The translations under genes were made by a program, and so were the position numbers. A stretch of DNA of 64,000 bases from Thermoproteota archaeon (GTDB lineage: Archaea > Korarchaeota > JAOZGF01 > JAOZFZ01), in contig JAOZFT010000004.1 in assembly GCA_027492035.1 (NCBI GenBank), positions 512,001 to 576,000 on the forward strand, read 5' to 3'. How positions within the stretch are numbered: position 1 is the first letter of the stretch; each line of letters begins with the position of its first letter. The notes below the pieces were generated by a model. It had not been told where the DNA came from, did not search any database, and worked only from the letters and a program-made list of their open reading frames with translations. This document shows positions 38,072-47,665 of this stretch, piece after piece.

Positions 38072-39133
38072 TCAAAGAACAACTGCTCCTGTTTTAGTTA
38101 CCACTACGTCATCCTCAATTCTTATTCCAAAATTTTCCTCTAAATAAATACCTGGTTCTATTGTGAAAGTCATGTTCTCCTTCAGAACAGTTTTTTCAGT
38201 CCCTTTATACTTCTTATAAGAAACAATAGGTTCCTCATGCACTTCTAAACCTATTCCATGCCCTGTCCCGTGAATTAATTTGTAACCGTACTCTTCTATA
38301 ACTTTCCTCGCTGCAGCGTCCACTTCAAAATTGGTAACTCCCGGTTTAATTTTTTTAATTGCTTCCTTTCTTGCTTCTTTAACTATCCCCTGCACTTCCT
38401 CCTGTTTTAAAGATAATTCTCCATCAACCACTATTACGCGGGTGATGTCACCACAGTAATTCTCATACTTTGCTCCACAGTCTATGAGCAGTAACTCATT
38501 CCTTTTTATTCTCTTTTGTGAAGGGACCCCGTGAGGGTTGGCTGTTTTTTTACCTGAAACAGTTATTGTTGGGAACGATAAGTCATCAGCTCCCAACTTT
38601 TTCATGGCGTATCCTATTTTTGCAGCTACTTCTTTTTCACTTAAACCTGGCTTAACAATGGTAAAGACCTCGTTGATAGCTTTTTTGGTTATTTCAACAG
38701 CTTTCTTTAACTTCTTCAGTTCCTCACTGTCTTTTACCGCCCTTAAATTATATATTTCTTTTGAAATGTCTGTAATTTCAACTTTGCCCTTCAGTTTTTG
38801 AAGTGTTTCATAGGTTAAGAATCTACCGTTAACTGCAAGTTTTCTAACCTTAAACTCTCTTAAGATGCTGCTTAAGTCTTCAATAACGTTTTCAGTTTTC
38901 CTTACATCTGAAATGAATGTTTCTTCTTTTGCCCTATGGTAATCAAGTTCAGCTGTCAAAATTACTGGTTCTTTATGGACATGTATCAACAACGCTGCAT
39001 GAGTTAAGTAATTTATGTTTGAAAAATAGAAAAGTGTAGGATCTAGAATTGAAGCCCTGAAATTTGCTATTAAACAGGCATCTAACTTCTTTCTTTCCAA
39101 AATTAATTTAAGTTTACTTACTCTCTTTTTCAT
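38072..39133 (-). CDS. Xaa-Pro dipeptidase/aminopeptidase (M24)
   Basis: PHG, IDCG...Y.GDITR, HGTGHGIGLEVHE, TIEPGIY, GIRIEDD. Confidence 0.94.
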   Translation of the reverse strand: MKKRVSKLKLILERKKLDACLIANFRASILDPTLFYFSNINYLTHAALLIHVHKEPVILTAELDYHRAKEETFISDVRKTENVIEDLSSILREFKVRKLAVNGRFLTYETLQKLKGKVEITDISKEIYNLRAVKDSEELKKLKKAVEITKKAINEVFTIVKPGLSEKEVAAKIGYAMKKLGADDLSFPTITVSGKKTANPHGVPSQKRIKRNELLLIDCGAKYENYCGDITRVIVVDGELSLKQEEVQGIVKEARKEAIKKIKPGVTNFEVDAAARKVIEEYGYKLIHGTGHGIGLEVHEEPIVSYKKYKGTEKTVLKENMTFTIEPGIYLEENFGIRIEDDVVVTKTGAVVL

Positions 39134-39261
39134 GGTTAAACATCTTTTTCTAAAAACCTTTTTAAGGGTGTAAAGTTGGTTATGTCTTAAAACCTTGTGC
39201 GAAAACTTGTAGAAATGTTTTTTTATGAATTACTTAAGTTATTTGTCCCTGCTCCAAGTTG

Positions 39262-40140
39262 TTATTGCGTTAACGTTCTCTTCATTAACTCAGCTATTTG
39301 GGATGGTATTTCAGCTACTGGGACTCCTGCTTCTTTCAAAGCTTCAAGTTTACTTTCTGCACTTCCCTTACCCATAGCAACTATTGCTCCAGCGTGACCC
39401 ATCCTTTTACCCGGTGGTGCAGTTCTCCCTGCTATGTAAGCAACAACAGGTTTCGTCACTCCCTTTTTTGTTATATACTCAGCAAGTTTCTCCTCCATGT
39501 CTCCCCCTATCTCTCCAATAATTACCACTCCTTTTGTTTCAGGGTCTTTTTCAAACATTTTAATTACTTCAATGAAATCTAGCCCTATTATTGGGTCACC
39601 TCCTATTCCTACACATGTTGACTGGCCTAGTTTTGCTTTTGTTATTGCGTCAGCTATTTCATAAGTTAAAGTGCCGCTTCTGGAAACAATCCCAACTCCT
39701 CCTTTTGTGAAAAGCTTAGCTGGTAAAATTCCAACTTTTGTTTTTCCTGGACTTATTGCACCTGGACAGTTTGGGCCTATAATTTTTATTCCTTTCATTC
39801 TGGCATAATTTACAAACTCAAGTGAATCAGAAACCGGTATGTGTTCCGTTATCACGACTATTGGGTTCAGTTTTGCTTCTATTGCTTCGAAAACAGCATC
39901 TGCAGCGAATTTAGCTGGGACAAAAACAATTGATGAATTTATTTCAGGATGTTCCTCAACAGCTTCTTCAACAAAGTTGTAAACAGGCACTCCATACACT
40001 TTCTCTCCCCCCTTCCCGGGTGTAACCCCTGCAACTACTTTTGTTCCATAATCAAGCATAACTTTAGTGTGAAATCTACCTTCACTTCCAGTTATTCCCT
40101 GCACAAGAACCCTTGTTGATTCATCAACTAATATAGCCAA
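39262..40140 (-). CDS. sucD: succinyl-CoA ligase alpha subunit
   Basis: [37 protein letters not shown]. Confidence 0.96.
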   Translation of the reverse strand: MAILVDESTRVLVQGITGSEGRFHTKVMLDYGTKVVAGVTPGKGGEKVYGVPVYNFVEEAVEEHPEINSSIVFVPAKFAADAVFEAIEAKLNPIVVITEHIPVSDSLEFVNYARMKGIKIIGPNCPGAISPGKTKVGILPAKLFTKGGVGIVSRSGTLTYEIADAITKAKLGQSTCVGIGGDPIIGLDFIEVIKMFEKDPETKGVVIIGEIGGDMEEKLAEYITKKGVTKPVVAYIAGRTAPPGKRMGHAGAIVAMGKGSAESKLEALKEAGVPVAEIPSQIAELMKRTLTQ

Positions 40141-40154
40141 TTCTTTTCACCTTC

Positions 40155-41300
40155 CTAATCACTTACTCCCTTCACTACTTCCACTATCTTTTTTGCAGCT
40201 TCTTCCATTGTGTCTAAATAACTTATTCCTGCTTCCTTAAGGATTTTTCTCCCCTCTTCTTCCCTTGTTCCCTGCATCCTTATAATAATTGGTTTCTGGA
40301 TTTTAACTTCTTCCAGTGCTTCAATTAATCCTTTAGCCACTTCATCGCATCTAGTTATTCCACCCAATATGTTCACCAGTACCCCTCTCACTTTAGGGTT
40401 TCTTAACTGTATTTCAACAGCTTTCCTTACTCTTTCAGCACTTGCTCCCCCTCCTATGTCTAAGAAATTAGCTGGTTTACCTCCAAACTTAGCTACTAAA
40501 TCCATGCTGGCCATCGTCAACCCTGCGCCATTGGCAATAACCCCTACGCTCCCTTCAAGGTCAACATAACTAAATCCCTCTTTTAAAGCAGTTAATTCAA
40601 GCTGAGTCATTTCTCCTCTCTCTTCCTCAAACCTTCTCTGGAATTGTTGATGTCTAAACAAGGAGTTATCATCAATAATTATTCGGGCATCAGCTGCAAC
40701 AATTTCTCTTTCCTCCGTTAAAACTAAAGGATTGCTTTCTACAAGTTCACAGTCGTATCTGGAAGCTATTTCTTTAAAGGCTTTAATTATTCCCCTGACT
40801 TGTTTAAAGTATTCCTGTAACCCCATCCTTTGAATTATTTTTCTAACTTGGAATTCTTTAATGCCTACAAGAGGATTAATAGCTACTTTAACTATTTTTT
40901 CAGGTTTTTCAGCTGCTAACTTCTCTATTTCCATTCCTCCTTCGCTTGAAGCCAAAAAAACGTATTTTCTGGCTGAACGGTCCACTGTTAAACTTAAATA
41001 AAGTTCTTTAGTTATTTTCAGTTCCTCTTCTACAAGTAATTTTTTAACTTGTAAACCTTTAATTTTCATTCCGAAAAGTTTTTTTGCGGTAGTGTATGCT
41101 CCCTCAGGGTTTTTCACTTTTATTATTCCTCCAGCTTTCCCTCTTCCCGCAACAAGAACTTGGGATTTAAGCATTACAGGTTTACCTATTTCTCTAGCTA
41201 TTTCTTCAGTCTCTTCAGGGTTTGAAGCAACTTTGCCATTAGGGACAGGTATTCCATGTTCGGAGAAAATTTTTTTAGCTTCAAATTCATGCAGTTTCAA
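40155..41300 (-). CDS. sucC: succinyl-CoA ligase beta subunit
   Basis: MKLHEFEAK, GRGKAGG, NGAGLTM, PANFLDIGGG, GGITRCD. Confidence 0.96.
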   Translation of the reverse strand: MKLHEFEAKKIFSEHGIPVPNGKVASNPEETEEIAREIGKPVMLKSQVLVAGRGKAGGIIKVKNPEGAYTTAKKLFGMKIKGLQVKKLLVEEELKITKELYLSLTVDRSARKYVFLASSEGGMEIEKLAAEKPEKIVKVAINPLVGIKEFQVRKIIQRMGLQEYFKQVRGIIKAFKEIASRYDCELVESNPLVLTEEREIVAADARIIIDDNSLFRHQQFQRRFEEERGEMTQLELTALKEGFSYVDLEGSVGVIANGAGLTMASMDLVAKFGGKPANFLDIGGGASAERVRKAVEIQLRNPKVRGVLVNILGGITRCDEVAKGLIEALEEVKIQKPIIIRMQGTREEEGRKILKEAGISYLDTMEEAAKKIVEVVKGVSD

Positions 41301-41630
41301 GTCCTACACCTTCTCTTCCCAATTTATTCACTTCCCAAAGTTGAATAAGCAATTGCTATGAAGAAGTTAGGGAATTAACCCTCTTTTTTAAAAATTACTG
41401 AAACATCGTGTAACGTTCCACAGTTGTATGTAAATCAGAGAGGCAAGCTATAGCCTTTATTAAATCCCCTTTTTTTAATTTTTGAAAAGGGATCGGAACC
41501 AATTATGAATGATTGGAAGCTGTATTTGGAACGAGTTTTTTAAACTAGTTAATGGAAAAGTTAATATGTTTAAGGCAACAAAATCTTTTTAGTACACAGG
41601 AACATTTTTTAAAAGACAAATGAATGTTTT

Positions 41631-42560
41631 ATGGGGTTTCCTTTGTTGAAATGTGTTAAATGTGGAGGAGAAGCAGTTGTTAATTTGAAACCTTACGGGT
41701 TAGTTCTTTGTAACGAACACTTTACAGAATTTTACGAAAAGAAAGTTAAGGAGTTCATAATCAAAAATAAACTTATTAAACCAAAAGAAAAAGTTTCTGT
41801 AGCAGTATCTGGTGGAAAAGACAGTTTAGCTTGCTTAATTGCTCTTGATAATTTATCTAACGAATTAAATTTTCAATTAACGGCTTATCACATAAACTTA
41901 GAGATAGGAAAATTTTCCAAGCAGTCACAAAAAACAGTGAGGGAAGCAACGAAAAAATTAGATGTTCCTTTAGAAATAACTGATTTAAAGAAAGAAACAG
42001 GTTTTACATTACCTGAATTAATTAAAATCAACAGGAGGCCTCCCTGTTCAGTTTGTGGAACAGTTAAAAGGTATTTAATGAATAAAGTTCCCCGAGAGCT
42101 TGGCAATGAAAAATTAGCTACTGGACACAACTTAGACGATATTCTAGAATTTACAGTTAAAAACTTTCTTAACAACAACTTTTTTTGGCTCAGCAAATTG
42201 AAGCCTCTTCTTCCTTCTGTAAACAGCAAAGTATTAACCAAAATTAAGCCGTTGTTTGAAAGGACAGAGAAAGAGAATGCAGTTTATGTTTTAAGTAAAG
42301 GCTTTAATCTTCCCCATCTAACTTGTCCTTTCAGCCGCTCCTCAGAATGGAAAGAAATCATTGCTAAAATTGAGGAATGGAAACCAGGTTTCAAATTAAG
42401 ATTCATCAAATCTTTTCAAAAAATAAATTTTCCTGTTGAAAAACTGAATTATAAGCGGTGTAGAATTTGCGGGGAGTTGTCTTCATCTGAAATCTGCAGT
42501 TTCTGCAGAGTAACAAGGAAACAAACTGGAAATCTTCAGGAACTTAAGAATAGAAAATAA
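41631..42560 (+). CDS. TtuA/NcsA/Ctu1-type tRNA 2-thiolation PP-loop ATPase
   Basis: N-terminal CVKC...C..H, AVSGGKDS, PCSVCG..KRY, ATGHNLDD, CP, C-terminal CRICG....IC.FC. Confidence 0.9.
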   Translation: MGFPLLKCVKCGGEAVVNLKPYGLVLCNEHFTEFYEKKVKEFIIKNKLIKPKEKVSVAVSGGKDSLACLIALDNLSNELNFQLTAYHINLEIGKFSKQSQKTVREATKKLDVPLEITDLKKETGFTLPELIKINRRPPCSVCGTVKRYLMNKVPRELGNEKLATGHNLDDILEFTVKNFLNNNFFWLSKLKPLLPSVNSKVLTKIKPLFERTEKENAVYVLSKGFNLPHLTCPFSRSSEWKEIIAKIEEWKPGFKLRFIKSFQKINFPVEKLNYKRCRICGELSSSEICSFCRVTRKQTGNLQELKNRK

Positions 42561-43596
42561 GTTGGAACGTATCATTGGAAGTTACATTGCCTGAACCATC
42601 TGAGTCAAGCCAATGAATCACCACAGTTTTCAAGCCTTGTAATGAGTACTTATAATTAATTAAATATAAAGCTGCGGCTGCTGTTCCATAACGTGTACAC
42701 CCCTCTAAAAGCCAAGAAGTAAAGTTTCCTGTATCATCCACAGCTAAAACACTGTAATCTTCCTTTCCAAATAAATTTAAGCTGTAATGAAAAATAACAG
42801 AACCAACTTGTAAAACAATTTCATTCCCTATTTTCTCAAACAAAATATTAAGGTGTTGGTTAAAGGAGGAAGTGCATCTGTTCCTTAACGGCCCGCCAAT
42901 TACAAAGTAATCTTTGCCAGGGTGAGGAGCAAAGTTTCGGTCTAAACACCCAGTTTCCAGTTTGAAATTATCCATTAAAACTTTTATGGTTTCAGAGTCA
43001 TAAATAGTTCCTTTTTCTCCGAAAACAAAACCAAACTCCCTAATTTCTGATACCTCGCTTAAATGTTTTTCAACAGGTTTAGTAGGTGGTGGAGGCGGTG
43101 ATGAAGGTAGTGTTTCGACCCTGAAACTGAAATCGTCAAAGTTATCTATTGGATTAATTTCTTTTACATGTGGTGGCAGAGAAACTGAAACAGTTAATTC
43201 ATAATGGCCCTCCTCTTCAGGAACCCAGTCAAAATAAACAAGCTGGGTTTCATTAGGGTAAAGAGTTAAAACTCTCCTTTCCTCACGTATTCCATATGGT
43301 TCAGTGTAGGATGTAATATAAAAGTTTAAAACAAAACCCGAAGCTATGTTCAAACCCCAATTGCTTACCTCAACCACAGCTTCAAAAACCTCATTTACAA
43401 AAATTTTTTCGGGGGCATTCAGTATTTTAACGAAAATATCAACTTGATTAACGTTATTTAGATAAGTTGGGTTTAAAGGAACTTTGGTTTCAGAAAAAAA
43501 TTTCTTGTTGAGGCTTGAAACACTCAAAACCTGTGAATTAAAACTTAAAAGCAGAAAAAGCAACATGAAAACTGAAAAATTTTTTTCCGTATTCAT
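42544..43596 (-). CDS. secreted/surface protein with CARDB domain, Pro-rich linker and S-layer-like C-terminal domain
   Basis: Signal peptide; VEVSNWG...W.P..EG.Y...EINPIDN (CARDB); SSPPPPPT linker; VIGGPLRN...G.TRYGT.AA. Confidence 0.75.
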   Translation of the reverse strand: MNTEKNFSVFMLLFLLLSFNSQVLSVSSLNKKFFSETKVPLNPTYLNNVNQVDIFVKILNAPEKIFVNEVFEAVVEVSNWGLNIASGFVLNFYITSYTEPYGIREERRVLTLYPNETQLVYFDWVPEEEGHYELTVSVSLPPHVKEINPIDNFDDFSFRVETLPSSPPPPPTKPVEKHLSEVSEIREFGFVFGEKGTIYDSETIKVLMDNFKLETGCLDRNFAPHPGKDYFVIGGPLRNRCTSSFNQHLNILFEKIGNEIVLQVGSVIFHYSLNLFGKEDYSVLAVDDTGNFTSWLLEGCTRYGTAAAALYLINYKYSLQGLKTVVIHWLDSDGSGNVTSNDTFQLIFYS

Positions 43597-43702
43597 TTAA
43601 ACACCTTCTTGTCTCTCTCGCTTTTCCTCTTTTAAAAATCTTTTCCATTCTCTTTTTAACTTTTAAACATTTACTCAAAAAAACTGGAATTTCTTGTTTC
43701 AC

Positions 43703-44851
43703 TCATAAAATTTCCTTTAACTTTTCAATCATGAACCTGTTTTCTTCTTTTTTCCCAACTGTAACCCTGAAAAACTTGCCTTTTAACCCTGGTTTGTTCG
43801 TGTAGTCTCTTAAAATAATTCCTTCATTAATTAATTCATCCACTAGGGAGGAAGCAGAAACTTTTCTTCTCTCTACTTCCACCAATATAAAATTTGTTTT
43901 TGAAGGATAGGGTTTAAACCCTTCTATTTCTTTGAATTCATTAAAAAGCCACTTTCTTTCATTCACTGTTTTCCTAACAACTTCCCTCATGTAACTTAAG
44001 TCATTTAAAGCTGCACAAGCAGCCTTTAAAGCTAAAACATGAACATGGAAATTCACTTCTCCATGCCAAAGATAATTTACGAGTTCCTCTGAAGCAACAC
44101 CGTAACCTATCCTTAAACCAGCCAACCCGAAAGCTTTAGAGAAAGTTCTTAAAACTATCAAATTAGTATAGTTGCGGATAAGATCTACACAACTCTTTCC
44201 GCAGTATTCGAAGTATGCTTCATCTACTACAACAACTACATTTTCCTCTAGTAATTCCTCGATTACTTTTTTACTGGGGCAGTTTCCTACAGGGTTGTTA
44301 GGGTTCCCTACAAAAACAACTTTGGTTTTTTCAGTTATTGCAGGAATTATTTTTTCAATGTTCCACTCAAACCTAGGCTTAACTCTTTTAACTTCTTTGA
44401 TAACTCCCCCATTTAAAGCAACTCTTTTAACGTAGTTTTCGTAAGTTGGAGGAGTAACTAAAGCTTCATCACCTAAATTAAGGAAGCTTTTACAAATGTT
44501 ATCAATTAGTTCTAGGGAGCCATTTCCTAAAACTATGTTTTCAGTGTTTGTTGAAGTATATTCAGCAAGTTTGTTTTTCAGTTCAAAACATGTAGGGTCA
44601 GGGTACCTGTTCAACAGGTTTAAATTATTAATTATTGCTTCCTTAACTTTAGGTGAAGGACCGTAAGGATTTTCGTTAGCCATAAGTCTAACAGCTTCTT
44701 CACTTCCCCAAAAAGCACTAACCAACCTTAAACCATATTTTTGAATCACATCCGCCAAGTAAGGTTCTACCTTCAAAATATGCCCTTTAAATAATTTATT
44801 TATACTGCCTGAATCCCTTCTTGTGTACATTCCTTTCCCCCTTCCAAACAA
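43703..44851 (-). CDS. hisC: histidinol-phosphate aminotransferase-like PLP enzyme
   Basis: NENPYGPSP, RYPD, NPNNPVG, DEAY, RTFSKAFGLAGLRIGY. Confidence 0.85.
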   Translation of the reverse strand: MFGRGKGMYTRRDSGSINKLFKGHILKVEPYLADVIQKYGLRLVSAFWGSEEAVRLMANENPYGPSPKVKEAIINNLNLLNRYPDPTCFELKNKLAEYTSTNTENIVLGNGSLELIDNICKSFLNLGDEALVTPPTYENYVKRVALNGGVIKEVKRVKPRFEWNIEKIIPAITEKTKVVFVGNPNNPVGNCPSKKVIEELLEENVVVVVDEAYFEYCGKSCVDLIRNYTNLIVLRTFSKAFGLAGLRIGYGVASEELVNYLWHGEVNFHVHVLALKAACAALNDLSYMREVVRKTVNERKWLFNEFKEIEGFKPYPSKTNFILVEVERRKVSASSLVDELINEGIILRDYTNKPGLKGKFFRVTVGKKEENRFMIEKLKEIL

Positions 44852-45189
44852 GGCTTTAAAACGGATCCAAACCTTTCTTCATTTTTTCACTTTGCTTCTA
44901 AACCTTTACTTTCCTACTCAGCCATAAACTTCAACTCTGAATCCCATTACTGGTTTTTAGAATTTAAAAACTGCCATGGTTCGTAAAGGTTTAGAAAGTT
45001 TTGTGGAAGTTATGAATTTTCCCAAGAAAAAGAAGTAAATTATTGAGACCTTAAGCATCCTGTGTAATCAAGCAAATACAATGGTTCCCGTGCTTTTTGT
45101 TGAGTAGAAACTCAGTAAACTTAAGTTAATGAATCATGAACATAAGGCACTAAATCATTTCTTGAAAAATTCAGAAAAAAGGGAAGGAT

Positions 45190-45719
45190 TCAAGTATTTA
45201 CAGTAACGGATAAAACATTATTTGTTGGATCGCTTTCGAAAATTCCTGACCCGAAAACAACGACTTTTATGAGCCACGAACACTAGGTAAGTTAAGGGGG
45301 AAGTTGAAGGTGCACTCTTATAAACTAACCTATTCTTCCTTAAAGTTTCATTTAAATGCCAATTTCTTGTGTCAATTACGTAAACAAAAACCATAACACT
45401 CCCTACACCTGACCTTCCATTTAAATAACGATAACCAATATCTCACAGCTAATGCCCCGTTTTCAAAATGGACAGATGAAACATAAACATCGAAGTCGGG
45501 TGAAGGGTCAGGAGGGTCGGGTTTAGGAAGCTTTATTGGTTTTGGCATTGATTTTATCGGTAACTTTATTGGTTTTATTGGTACAATGATTGGGTTAGGT
45601 ACAATTGGCAGTTTTGGCAGTTTTTGTGTAATTCGTGGAGTTTTTTGTGCAAAAGACGCAACTATAAATTGTGAAACCATGAAGCGAAGTATTAGCAGGA
45701 GAAATAACATCGTCCTCAA
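45190..45719 (-). pseudogene. frameshifted secreted CARDB-domain gene with a Pro/Ile/Lys repeat linker
   Basis: ORF 45372-45719 has a signal-like start and PIK repeats; other frames continue NGRSGVGSVMVFVYVID... and end KVVVFGSGIFESDPTNNVLSVTVNT* (CARDB E-x-D-x-x-NN terminus, TGA at 45190-45192). Confidence 0.6.
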
Positions 45720-45764
45720 TCAGTAACCTCAGTAAACCTTATTAAAAGCCAGGGAAAAGTTTTT

Positions 45765-47402
45765 ATGTGGAAAGGAAAAATTTTTACTTTCCTTTTTTTC
45801 CTCTTGGGAAAGTGCAGAAATTTTAAATCTGTAACCTATATTTTTAATTTATTTCACAAAAAAGGGTGTTTTTCTGTGACTAGTTATTTTTTGGGGCATG
45901 ATATAGGTACCGGGGAGCATAAAGCAGTAATTATGGATTGTGAAGGGAACATATTAGCTGTTTCAACAAGGAAATATGTGACTTACTACCCTAAACTTGG
46001 TTGGGCTGAACAGAAACCAGAAGATTGGTGGAAAACAATAATTGGAACCACAAGGGAACTGTTGAAGGAATCAAAAATTAACCCCTCCCAAATTAAGAGT
46101 TTAAGTTTCAGTACACACATGGTTGGGGTTTTACCTGTGGATAAAAACATTAAGCCTCTTCGTCATGCTATTATTTGGCTTGATTCAAGGGCTGAAGAGG
46201 AAGCTGATGAAATACTTGGCAAATTTGGTGTTGAAAACTTACTTAACTTGGTTGGAGGCTTACCTGGAGGAAAAGATGCGGTGTCAAAGATCTTGTGGCT
46301 GAAGAAAAATGAACCTGAAACCTACAGGAAAACCTACAAAATTTTGGATGTTAAAGACTACCTAATTTACCTTTTAACTGGGAAGATAGTTACAGACTAC
46401 TCATGCGCCTCTGTACGTGGAACTTTCAACATGGGGAAGAGAGTTTGGAGTGAAGAAATAGCTGAAGCAATAGGTGTACCTGTTTCTAAATATCCTGAAA
46501 TAAAAGAGTCAACAGAGACCGTAGGGACTTTAACACGTGAAGCAGCTGAAAAACTGGGCTTGAAAGAAGGTACCGTAGTGGTTAATGGAACAGGAGATGT
46601 TACAGCTGCCTGTGTAGGTTCAGGGGCTGTTGAACGAAACCGGTCGCACCTCTACCTTGGCTCATCTGGGTGGGTGGGAGTAATTTTAGGCAATAGATTA
46701 ATGTATGCAGACAGAGGGATGGGAACGATTTGTTCAGCTGATCCTGAAAACTGGTTACTGGTTGCTGAAACAGAAAGTGCAGGGGCGTGTCTAAAATGGT
46801 TTATTGAACAGTTTGGGTTAGAGGAAAGAGTTGAGGCTGAGAAAAGGGGCGTAAGTGTTTACAAAGTTTTTGATGAAAAGGCAGCTAAAACAATGCCAGG
46901 TTCAGGGAAAGTAATTTTTCTACCTTGGCTTTACGGTGAAAGGTCCCCTATCCCTGACATTTATGCAAGAGGGGGGTTTTTGAACATAAGTTTAAGCAAT
47001 AGAAAAGAGGAGTTGATGCGTTCCATACTTGAAGGGGTTGCTTTCAACTTTAAATGGATAATTGAAGGGTTAAGTGAAGTAAACATTGAACCTAAGGAAT
47101 TAAACGCGGTAGGTGGGGGGGCGTTAAGTGACTTATGGCTTCAAATAATTGCAGATGTTACAGGTAAGGAAATAAAGAAAATGGTTGACCCGCAGCAAGC
47201 AAGTTCAAGAGGGGCGGCTTTAATAGCAGCTATGGGTATAAATGCCATTAAGGGATTCAATGAAGTTGCGAAAATAGTGAAAACAGAAAAGATTTTCAAA
47301 CCAAGGGAGGAGTACATAGAAACTTATGAAAACCTTTATGAAAACTTTAAAGAATCTTATGAAGGATTAAGTGAAATATTTACGGCATTGAATTCTGAAT
47401 AA
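45765..47402 (+). CDS. FGGY-family carbohydrate kinase (xylulokinase-like)
   Basis: LGHDIGT..K, GWAEQ.PEDWW, IIWLDSR, FLPWLYGERSP, GGGA.SDLWLQI.ADV; real start likely GTG near 45877. Confidence 0.92.
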   Translation: MWKGKIFTFLFFLLGKCRNFKSVTYIFNLFHKKGCFSVTSYFLGHDIGTGEHKAVIMDCEGNILAVSTRKYVTYYPKLGWAEQKPEDWWKTIIGTTRELLKESKINPSQIKSLSFSTHMVGVLPVDKNIKPLRHAIIWLDSRAEEEADEILGKFGVENLLNLVGGLPGGKDAVSKILWLKKNEPETYRKTYKILDVKDYLIYLLTGKIVTDYSCASVRGTFNMGKRVWSEEIAEAIGVPVSKYPEIKESTETVGTLTREAAEKLGLKEGTVVVNGTGDVTAACVGSGAVERNRSHLYLGSSGWVGVILGNRLMYADRGMGTICSADPENWLLVAETESAGACLKWFIEQFGLEERVEAEKRGVSVYKVFDEKAAKTMPGSGKVIFLPWLYGERSPIPDIYARGGFLNISLSNRKEELMRSILEGVAFNFKWIIEGLSEVNIEPKELNAVGGGALSDLWLQIIADVTGKEIKKMVDPQQASSRGAALIAAMGINAIKGFNEVAKIVKTEKIFKPREEYIETYENLYENFKESYEGLSEIFTALNSE

Positions 47403-47665
47403 TTAGCTTCCTCCTTCCCTTTTTATCTTGGGCAGCAAGAGTGAAAAACATGTTTTGATAAATGGATCTTGGGAAATGTGGGGGCATTTACTTTTGGAAG
47501 TTCAGAAAAACGATAAATCAGTTTTTAACAAAGAAGGAAGAATATGTTAGCTTTGTCAAGGTTAAAATTTTTAACAGTTTTCTCATTCCTTCAACAACAA
47601 GCTCTTCCCTAAAGAAGGAAAGTGAAGATTTTAAATTAATTGTTTAGTGGGAAGAAGAATCCTTC

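Noticed and set aside
47462-47647. 61-aa ORF between the FGGY kinase and ppdK
   Set aside because: No RBS or motif; lies in a convergent terminator region
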